Notes under the pieces: model-generated
Seen by the model: only the letters and a program-made list of their open reading frames with translations
Database searches by the model: none
What the model was told of the DNA's origin: nothing
Position numbers and translations under genes: made by a program
Shown here: piece after piece, positions 1-6,154 of the stretch
How the letters are laid out: the number at the start of each line of letters is the position of its first letter
How positions within the stretch are numbered: the stretch's first letter is position 1
Assembly: GCA_034723415.1 (NCBI GenBank)
Contig: JAYEOX010000118.1
Span: 1-11,882 of the forward strand
Direction: 5' to 3'
Source: Fidelibacterota bacterium
Lineage (GTDB): Bacteria; Fidelibacterota; Fidelibacteria; Fidelibacterales; Fidelibacteraceae
Length of the DNA stretch: 11,882 bases

Positions 1-410
1 TCTTTGCTTGTAAGCCCCATAGATGCCAGTGAATTTTTTCGGAACTTCAAAAACAGAAAAGGTAAACCTGCAAATATTATTGTTTTCTTTATAATAAGTC
101 CAATATTCCATTTATCTCCAAAATCAATTTTTGGCAGGGGGAGATAATCCCAGATAATAAGGATCAGTAACCCAACAATAAGTTCCAAGCCAGGTCGTTT
201 AATCTTAATATCCTGAATTGTTATCTTTTTTGTCAGATCAATTATCCACCAGCAAAGAAATAACAAAGCAACGCTTAAACCTATATAAGCTAATGCATTT
301 TCTGGTTCATTTAAGAGAGTCAACACAACCGCAAAAATATAAATTGCGATAAAAAATAATACTAACGGTCTTTTTAAGTCTTCCTTTCTAAAAAAATTTT
401 CTTGATTCAT
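1..410 (-). CDS. Multi-pass membrane protein, 3' part outside the window; probably the N-terminus of a CPBP (CAAX protease self-immunity/Abi) family intramembrane endopeptidase
   Basis: Not in the ORF track. Hand translation from ATG 410-408, with a GGAGG RBS at 424-420, is open to the window edge: MNQENFFRKEDLKRPLVLFFIAIYIFAVVLTLLNEPENALAYIGLSVALLFLCWWIIDLTKK...RPGLELIVGLLILIIWDYLPLPKIDFGDKWNIGLIIKKTIIFAGLPFLFLKFRKNSLASMGLTSK. About 4 hydrophobic segments are followed by 'SLASMGL', resembling the 'sl.xlGl' segment ahead of CPBP catalytic cores. The diagnostic EExxxR motif is not visible in the window. Confidence 0.6.
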   Translation of the reverse strand, partial: MNQENFFRKEDLKRPLVLFFIAIYIFAVVLTLLNEPENALAYIGLSVALLFLCWWIIDLTKKITIQDIKIKRPGLELIVGLLILIIWDYLPLPKIDFGDKWNIGLIIKKTIIFAGLPFLFLKFRKNSLASMGLTSK

Positions 411-436
411 TATTTTTAACCTCCATTTAAATTATT

Positions 437-499
437 ACGGCATAACGTTTGTGTATGTTTATTATTCTTATACGCCCAAATTGGTGGTATAAGAACAAT
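437..499 (-). repeat. attC-like half site (core GTTATGC) with adjacent stem-loop
   Basis: The minus strand reads CATACACAAAC-GTTATGC-CGTAAT...GGAGG...ATG. A hairpin lies at 461-499, with perfect 9-bp arms TTCTTATAC (465-473) and GTATAAGAA (487-495). The complementary left arm was not found. Confidence 0.4.
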
Positions 500-506
500 T
501 GCGATG

Positions 507-525
507 TGCTGAGCTTGTCGAAGCA
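507..525. repeat. REP-like small palindromic element TGCTGAGCTTGTCGAAGCA
   Basis: GC-rich island in AT-rich DNA with complementary TGCT/AGCA ends. From recall, it resembles the widespread intergenic CTGAGCTTGTCGAAG repeat. Confidence 0.55.
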
Positions 526-589
526 TTTATATTTCTTTTACTAAATGTTTTTTTTCATAATTTTATCCACTTTTTGAAATCTCTTTTTT

Positions 590-612
590 AACTATTGTAG
601 TCTACAATAGTT
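590..612. promoter_or_regulatory. Perfect 11-1-11 inverted repeat, candidate transcription-factor operator
   Basis: AACTATTGTAG-T-CTACAATAGTT lies between divergent genes, 9 bp upstream of a predicted -35 box. Confidence 0.5.
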
Positions 613-621
613 TAATTAAAA

Positions 622-650
622 TTGCAAATATTAAAATTATTTATTAAATT
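622..650 (+). promoter_or_regulatory. Putative sigma70-type promoter of the dipeptidase gene
   Basis: TTGCAA (622-627), a 17-bp spacer and TAAATT (645-650), with an AAGGA RBS before ATG 688. The AT-rich context lowers specificity. Confidence 0.4.
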
Positions 651-687
651 TGAATAATGAAAAAATCTTTATAAAAAAGGATAAAAT

Positions 688-2286
688 ATGTTAAAGAAAA
701 TGTCATTGATATTATTATTGATATTTATTGTAAATATAAGGACTGATGCCTGTACAAGTGCAATTATTACAAATGGAGCGACGAAAGACAGTTCGGCAAT
801 TTGCACTTACACTTGTGATGGTGAATTCCATCCAACTTTGAAATATTATCCTGAATCTGATCATAGTCCAAGTGATTCCATTGATATAATTGATTGGTCG
901 GGAAATTTAAGAGGAAAGATCTCACAAGTTCCACATACTTATTCTGTAATAAAATGGATGAATCAACATCAGTTGGCGATAGGTGAAACGACTTTTGGCG
1001 GAAGGGAAAAATTGCACAATCCCGATGGATTATTGCATTATGAAGATCTAATGATATTTGCATTGCAACGAGCAAAAACAGCAAGAGAAGCGATTAAAAT
1101 AATGATAGATCTAACTGAAAAATACGGTTATCGAGGTGAAGGTGAAACATTTTCGATCGTTGGAAAAAAGGAAGCTTGGTTGATGGAAATAATTGGGAAA
1201 GGCCCGGGAGTAAAAGGAGTAATCTGGGTTGCCGTAAAAGTTCCCGATGGATATGTAACTTGTCATGCAAATAAGGCAAGAATTGGCGATTTTACAAAAT
1301 ATTCAAAAGACGAATGTATGTATTCAAAAGACATTAAAACATTTGCAGTCGAAAATGGATATTTTGAACCTGATTCACAAAGTACATTTAGATTCTGTGA
1401 TGTATATTGTCCACCAACTCCGAGAAATAAAAGATATTCCGCAAGTCGTGTTTGGAGTATTTTTAGAAGGATAGCTCCGTCAAGAATTTTTACAACTTAT
1501 TATCATAGGGGAATAAAAGGAGCGAAGCCATATCCATTATGGATCAAGCCGGATGAAAAACTTGCTGTAAAAGATGTAATGAGTTTAATGCGAGATCATT
1601 ATGAAGGAACGAAATTTGATATGACAAAGGGAATTGATGCCGGTGCTTACGGAAGTCCAAATAGATGGCGACCGATAACTTGGGAAAAAGATGGAAATAA
1701 ATATACTTGGGAACGCCCTATTTCGACTCAACAAACCGGTTACTCTTTTATTTCGCAAACAAGACCATTTATGCGAGATGAAGTTGGTGGATTATTTTGG
1801 TATGGAGTTGATGATACTTATTTTACTTGTTATACACCGTTATATGTTGGAATTAATGATATTCCAAAATCTTATGCAACAGGTGATTTTCAAAAATTTT
1901 CTTGGGATTCCGCCTGGTGGGTTTTTAATTTTGTTTCGAATTACGCTCATTTAAAATATTCATATATGATGCCGGAAATAAAAAAAGTTCAATCTAATAT
2001 TGAAAATATGTTTTTGAGAAATCAATATAAAGTTGAGCAAACGGCAAAATTATTATTGGAAATAGATCACGATTTGGCTGTTGAATATTTGACAAACTAT
2101 TGTGTTGCAAATGGTGAACAAGTTGTCGAAAAATGGAAAGAACTTGGCGAATATTTAATGACAAAATATAATGATGGATATGTTAAAAATGAATCCGGCA
2201 GACCAATGGAAAAAGGATATCCGGATAAGTGGATAGAAAAAGTTTTAGAAAGTCGTCCGGAGCAATTTAAATTACCTAAAAAGTAA
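688..2286 (+). CDS. Secreted dipeptidase, peptidase family C69 (Ntn-hydrolase)
   Basis: 532 aa. The signal peptide ends ...RTDA and is directly followed by the nucleophile in CTSAIIT...TKDSS. Family motifs include MNQHQLAIGETTFGGR, ALQRAKTAREAI, EAWLMEIIGKG, HANKARI, MRDHYEGT and SAWWVFNFV. Confidence 0.9.
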   Translation: MLKKMSLILLLIFIVNIRTDACTSAIITNGATKDSSAICTYTCDGEFHPTLKYYPESDHSPSDSIDIIDWSGNLRGKISQVPHTYSVIKWMNQHQLAIGETTFGGREKLHNPDGLLHYEDLMIFALQRAKTAREAIKIMIDLTEKYGYRGEGETFSIVGKKEAWLMEIIGKGPGVKGVIWVAVKVPDGYVTCHANKARIGDFTKYSKDECMYSKDIKTFAVENGYFEPDSQSTFRFCDVYCPPTPRNKRYSASRVWSIFRRIAPSRIFTTYYHRGIKGAKPYPLWIKPDEKLAVKDVMSLMRDHYEGTKFDMTKGIDAGAYGSPNRWRPITWEKDGNKYTWERPISTQQTGYSFISQTRPFMRDEVGGLFWYGVDDTYFTCYTPLYVGINDIPKSYATGDFQKFSWDSAWWVFNFVSNYAHLKYSYMMPEIKKVQSNIENMFLRNQYKVEQTAKLLLEIDHDLAVEYLTNYCVANGEQVVEKWKELGEYLMTKYNDGYVKNESGRPMEKGYPDKWIEKVLESRPEQFKLPKK

Positions 2287-2343
2287 ACTGGGAAAATTTT
2301 CAACAACTTAAAGAAAAATATATTCAAAAAAATCATTGATCCT

Positions 2344-3033
2344 TTGATAGATTGGATCTATCCACCGCGATGTTTAGTATGTGGAAAAGTTGCACTTTTT
2401 AATGGTTATTTATGTTATGATTGTTTTTTTGATCTGGAAATATTTGGAAAAGCACCGCATTCTTTTGAAAAGGAAGATTCTATAGTAGATGAGGTTTCGT
2501 CATTATATAAATTCAATAATGTTATGAAAATATTGATACACAATCTTAAATATAATGGATGTGATTATATTGGCACTTTTCTTGGTAAGCAGATGGGAAT
2601 TTATTATAAGAATACTAGTTTTAAAGATTATGAATGTATAATTCCGATTCCGTTACATAGAATAAAAAAGGATATGAGAACATATAATCAAGCAGAGCGG
2701 ATTGCATATGAATTATCTAATGTTTTGGAAATTCCAATGAATATAGATTTACTAAAAAGAGCCGTTTTCACAGAAACACAAACTAAATTAGATCAAGAAG
2801 GAAGAAAAGAGAATATGAAAGGTGCTTTTAAGCTAATTGCAAAAAAAGAAATCCCTTTATCTGTGATATTAATTGACGATGTTTTTACAACCGGAGCGAC
2901 AACTTCAGAAGCGGCAAATACACTTAAAGAAGCAGGTGTAAAAAAAGTTGGCGTATTAACTGCAGCAACGCCATTTTTCTTGCGACATTTAAAATTTGTT
3001 TTTGAGATGGATGATAGTGAAGATATAGAGTAA
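2344..3033 (+). CDS. comF: ComF family protein (zinc-ribbon plus phosphoribosyltransferase domain)
   Basis: Motifs YPPRCLVC...LCYDC, LIHNLKY, IIPIPLH, R(T)YNQA, TQTKL...RKENM and the PRPP-binding loop VILIDDVFTTGAT. The TTG start is uncertain. Confidence 0.9.
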   Translation: MIDWIYPPRCLVCGKVALFNGYLCYDCFFDLEIFGKAPHSFEKEDSIVDEVSSLYKFNNVMKILIHNLKYNGCDYIGTFLGKQMGIYYKNTSFKDYECIIPIPLHRIKKDMRTYNQAERIAYELSNVLEIPMNIDLLKRAVFTETQTKLDQEGRKENMKGAFKLIAKKEIPLSVILIDDVFTTGATTSEAANTLKEAGVKKVGVLTAATPFFLRHLKFVFEMDDSEDIE

Positions 3034-3044
3034 TGAGTCATACT

Positions 3045-3066
3045 GCAGAGACACAAAGTCGCAGAG
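3045..3066 (+). repeat. Left copy of GCAGAGACACAAAGT repeat; inverted partner at 5161-5175
   Basis: GCAGAGACACAAAGT at 3045-3059 is followed by CGCAGAG. Its reverse complement matches 5161-5175 at 14 of 15 positions. Confidence 0.6.
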
Positions 3067-3138
3067 ATGGTTTTTATTAATAAAAGTCTATTGTTGTTAT
3101 TATTAGTTAAATTATGATGATATCTTTATTTTTTAGTA

Positions 3139-3264
3139 TAAACAGCTTTGGATTTATTTCAATTATTAAGCAAAACACCTTTGGATAATATCTAATTATG
3201 ATACAAAACAGGTTTGGAAAAAAACTATTTTATTAGAAAATAAGTTTGGATTTTATCTAAATAT
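3139..3264 (+). repeat. Four degenerate ~33-bp tandem repeats, each with an imperfect palindromic core, upstream of the ATPase gene
   Basis: TTTGGA cores at 3147, 3180, 3213 and 3245. The units are taaacagcTTTGGAtttatttcaattattaagc, aaaacaccTTTGGAtaatatctaattatgatac, aaaacaggTTTGGAaaaaaactattttattag and aaaataagTTTGGAttttatctaaatat. Confidence 0.75.
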
Positions 3265-3274
3265 CTTTTATATT
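3246..3274 (+). promoter_or_regulatory. Putative sigma70 promoter of the ATPase gene, overlapping repeat unit 4
   Basis: TTGGAT (3246-3251), a 17-bp spacer and TATATT (3269-3274). A GAGGT RBS lies at 3295-3299 before ATG 3305. Confidence 0.45.
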
Positions 3275-3304
3275 TAACTCATATTTAAAAAGATGAGGTA
3301 AAAT

Positions 3305-4663
3305 ATGTATAGAAAAGGATTGGAATATTTAGAGGAGTGGAAAAACAGGAAACGGAAACCTCTAATTTTACGAGGTGCAAGGCAAGTTGGGAAAACATAT
3401 CTCGTCAGAAAATTTGCTGAACTATTTTTCAATAATTATATTGAAATTAATTTTGATGATATGCCGGAAAAAGCAAAATATTTTGAAAATAATGATGTAG
3501 ATGAAATAATTACTCTTATTGAAACTGATTATAATAAAAAAGTCCAAATTGGTAAAACCTTACTATTTTTTGACGAAATTCAATCAGCTCCAATTGTATT
3601 TCATAAACTCAGATATTTTTATGAAAAATATCCGGATTTACATATCATTACAGCAGGTTCATTATTAGATTTTATGTTTTCCGACTATGAATATTCTATG
3701 CCAGTAGGACGAGTCGAATATATGTTTTTAGGTCCAATGACATTTTCAGAATTTTTATTATCAAATAAAGAAGATAATTTATTGAAATATCTTAAACAGT
3801 ATAATTTATCGAAAACAATTCCAAAACCTATTCATAATAAATTAATGAAATATTTTAATTTATTTTTGGTTGTTGGTGGAATGCCCGGAGTAATAAAAAA
3901 TTATTTAAATTCGGATAAAAAATTAATTAATATTTCAAGAGAACAGAATAGCATAATAAAAAGCTATATTGATGATTTAAATAAATATGCTAAACGGATT
4001 AAACCAAATGTTGTTCAAAATACATTCCAAAAAACACCTTCATTAATTGGAAAAACAGTAAAATATATTAATATAAATTCAGATAAAAAACCACATGTAA
4101 TCAAAGCATCATTAGAATTATTGGAATTAGCAAAAGTTATCAAACGAGTTTATCATTCGGCATCAAATGGTGTTCCGTTAGGAGCTGAGAAAAAAGAGAA
4201 ACAATTTAAACTTCTGTTTCTTGATGTTGGACTAATGTCTTCAATTCTTGGATTAAAATTAAATGAAATTTATTTATTAGATGATATTATGATGATAAAT
4301 AAGGGAGATGTTTGCGAACAGTTTATTGGTCAACATCTTTTATATATGAAAGATTTTTATATTGAACCGGAAATATATTTTTGGCATAGACAAAAAAAGA
4401 ATGCAGAAGCTGAATTAGATTTTGTTTATGATTATGGAAATAAAATAATTCCAATTGAAGTTAAATCCGGGAAAACAGGCACATTAAAATCATTACATAA
4501 ATTTATAACAGAAAAGCAATTAAAAATTGGTATCAGATTTAATACAGATTTACCAAGTTTGTATGAAAATAAATCAAAAAGAAATAGTTATTATATTTTG
4601 TCTTTGCCACTTTATATGGTGGAATTTGTTGAAAATATTTTGAAAAATGTTATGAATAAATAA
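3305..4663 (+). CDS. AAA_14 ATPase with C-terminal DUF4143 (PD-(D/E)XK-like) domain
   Basis: 452 aa. Walker A GARQVGKT, Walker B LLFFDEIQ, then AGSLL, PVGRV, GGMP and KLLFLDVGL, with a nuclease-like motif AELDFV...IIPIEVKSG. Confidence 0.9.
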   Translation: MYRKGLEYLEEWKNRKRKPLILRGARQVGKTYLVRKFAELFFNNYIEINFDDMPEKAKYFENNDVDEIITLIETDYNKKVQIGKTLLFFDEIQSAPIVFHKLRYFYEKYPDLHIITAGSLLDFMFSDYEYSMPVGRVEYMFLGPMTFSEFLLSNKEDNLLKYLKQYNLSKTIPKPIHNKLMKYFNLFLVVGGMPGVIKNYLNSDKKLINISREQNSIIKSYIDDLNKYAKRIKPNVVQNTFQKTPSLIGKTVKYININSDKKPHVIKASLELLELAKVIKRVYHSASNGVPLGAEKKEKQFKLLFLDVGLMSSILGLKLNEIYLLDDIMMINKGDVCEQFIGQHLLYMKDFYIEPEIYFWHRQKKNAEAELDFVYDYGNKIIPIEVKSGKTGTLKSLHKFITEKQLKIGIRFNTDLPSLYENKSKRNSYYILSLPLYMVEFVENILKNVMNK

Positions 4664-4720
4664 TATAAAATGAAATATTTTTTGAATAGTTGATAATGTA
4701 TAATTAATATATTTTTCAAT

Positions 4721-4794
4721 TAACTCCAACGGAGTTATATGTTTATAGCAAATAATTTATTAAAATATCCCCTGACTCTGAAAGAGTTATATGT
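4721..4794 (+). repeat. Pair of direct REP-like hairpins
   Basis: TAACTCC-AAC-GGAGTTA-TATGT (4721-4742) and TGACTCT-GAA-AGAGTTA-TATGT (4773-4794). Confidence 0.7.
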
Positions 4795-4866
4795 AATAAT
4801 ATCATTTTTAAAATTGTATTTTTTAATTAAAATTCGTTTTGTGAAAAATAAGGTTCATATAATTAT

Positions 4867-4974
4867 TTCGGACTAAAGTCCGGATTTGTGTATGAGTTTT
4901 TTTATTCCACAGATAAATCTATGGGTTACTCTTTTGGATTTTTTTCTTCAGAAACCCACGATTTTAATCGTGGG
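4867..4974. repeat. Triad of related palindromes (BIME/REP-like)
   Basis: CGGACT-AA-AGTCCG (4869-4882), CCACAGAT-AA-ATCTATGG (4907-4924, one mismatch) and CCCACGATT-TT-AATCGTGGG (4955-4974). Confidence 0.7.
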
Positions 4975-5088
4975 ATAATTTGGTTTGCTTGCTCTTTGTT
5001 ACAAGCATAAATGTCGGTGTTAGTCACTCTCTATTTCCAAAATCATTATTCGTTAATCGATATTCGTTATTCTTTTCGTTATTTATGA

Positions 5089-5108
5089 CAAGGGAGCAAG
5101 CTCCCTTG
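5089..5108. repeat. REP-like perfect palindrome; possible bidirectional terminator between convergent genes
   Basis: CAAGGGAGC-AA-GCTCCCTTG has a 9-bp GC-rich stem but no clean U-tract. Confidence 0.6.
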
Positions 5109-5138
5109 CTAATTCTTTTCATTATTCATTATTTATGG

Positions 5139-5162
5139 CTCAACCTCAACCTCAACCTTAAC
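5139..5162 (+). repeat. Hexamer microsatellite (CTCAAC)3-CTTAAC
   Basis: Read directly from the sequence: ctcaac ctcaac ctcaac cttaac. Confidence 0.8.
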
Positions 5163-5175
5163 TTTGTTTCTCTGC
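5161..5175 (-). repeat. Right inverted copy of the 3045-3059 repeat
   Basis: ACTTTGTTTCTCTGC here, versus ACTTTGTGTCTCTGC for the reverse complement of the left copy. Confidence 0.6.
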
Positions 5176-5229
5176 GGTTAAGTCTTTGCGTGAAATTTTA
5201 TTTGATATTGTTCATATCTAAAATTATTT

Positions 5230-5997
5230 TTAATACAACAACAAACTTAACATTGAAGCAGTAGCAACAGCAGCATTCAACGATTCCGCCTCACCAATTT
5301 GAGGTAAAAATACTCGTTGTAAATCGTAATTGTTCCAAGCTTCAGAAATTCCGTGACTCTCATTTCCAATAACTAATGCAAAATTATTTTTCGAGTTAAA
5401 ATTTTTAATATTTTCACCTTGATGAACATCTGATAATAGAATTTTTCTTGGAGTGTTTTTACAATAATTTATTATTTCTTCATAAGAATTTTCTATTACG
5501 AATGGAATGTTGAAAAACGATCCCATAGACGATTGAATGACCTTTGGATTTTCTGGTTCAACTGTCCCTTCTAATAAGATTAATCCCCCTAATCCGAACC
5601 AATGAGCAATCCGAAAAATCGTTCCAAGATTTCCGGGATCTTTTATTTTATCTAAAATGAGAATGTTTCTTTCTAATTCTCTCAAAGAAAAAGTTTGTTG
5701 TTCTGCAATTGCAATTATTCCTTGAGGTGAGATTTCAGTTGTTATCTTTTTTACATCGTTGTGGTGAATATTGTGTAATGAGATATTTTTTTCTTTAGCA
5801 ATATTAAATATTTTATTTATTCTTGACTTTTCTATTATTGAAGTTGTATAATAAATTTCTGTAATATTGTAATTAGATTTTATTGCTTCTTCTACAGAAA
5901 TTAAGCCACTTATTAAAAATTGTTCATTGAGTTTTCTATATTTTTTATTGTGTAATGCTCTGATCTTTTTTACTGTATTTTTACTTAATTTTTTCAT
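5230..5997 (-). CDS. TrmH/SpoU family RNA 2'-O-methyltransferase (TsnR-like, with N-terminal substrate-binding domain)
   Basis: 255 aa. SPOUT motifs LDKIKDPGNLGTIFR, ALVIGNESHGIS and ESLNAAVA, plus the N-terminal KKYR...FLISG and SPQGIIA segments. Confidence 0.92.
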   Translation of the reverse strand: MKKLSKNTVKKIRALHNKKYRKLNEQFLISGLISVEEAIKSNYNITEIYYTTSIIEKSRINKIFNIAKEKNISLHNIHHNDVKKITTEISPQGIIAIAEQQTFSLRELERNILILDKIKDPGNLGTIFRIAHWFGLGGLILLEGTVEPENPKVIQSSMGSFFNIPFVIENSYEEIINYCKNTPRKILLSDVHQGENIKNFNSKNNFALVIGNESHGISEAWNNYDLQRVFLPQIGEAESLNAAVATASMLSLLLY

Positions 5998-6100
5998 AAA
6001 ATAAATCCATTCTATTTTGAATCATAATTGTCAATTATTTGATATAATATTAAATAAAAAAAACGTTAGTTAAAAGTAATTTCCAATTTAAATGGAAAAT

Positions 6101-6131
6101 AAAAAAAGCCAAATCTTTTAATTTGGCTTTT
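6101..6131 (-). terminator. Rho-independent terminator downstream of degP
   Basis: The stem is AAAAGCCAAAT (6104-6114) with ATTTGGCTTTT (6121-6131) and a 6-nt loop. A7 at 6101-6107 gives a U7 tract on the minus strand. The stem begins 23 nt after the stop codon. Confidence 0.8.
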
Positions 6132-6154
6132 AAAAAAGTTATTTGACTTATAGT

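Noticed and set aside
767..2336. Short ORFs 767-1084, 1094-1279, 1265-1474, 1691-1954 and 2097-2336
   Set aside because: They are antisense or alternate-frame shadows of the dipeptidase gene with no recognisable motifs.
2793..3056. 87-aa minus-strand ORF
   Set aside because: Antisense shadow of comF.
3139..3264. CRISPR interpretation of the 33-bp repeats
   Set aside because: The period is too short for a repeat plus spacer, the units are degenerate with no unique spacers, and no cas genes are present.
4980..5264. 94-aa ORF in the track
   Set aside because: It has a TTG start without an RBS, runs through REP hairpins and the CTCAAC microsatellite (giving LNLNLNL), and overlaps the 3' end of the methyltransferase gene.
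6009..6038. TTGACA/TAGAAT promoter and the 7-1-7 palindrome ATAATTG-T-CAATTAT upstream of the methyltransferase
   Set aside because: The spacer is only 14 bp. The palindrome is short and AT-rich and does not match the Fur 7-1-7 consensus well enough to call.
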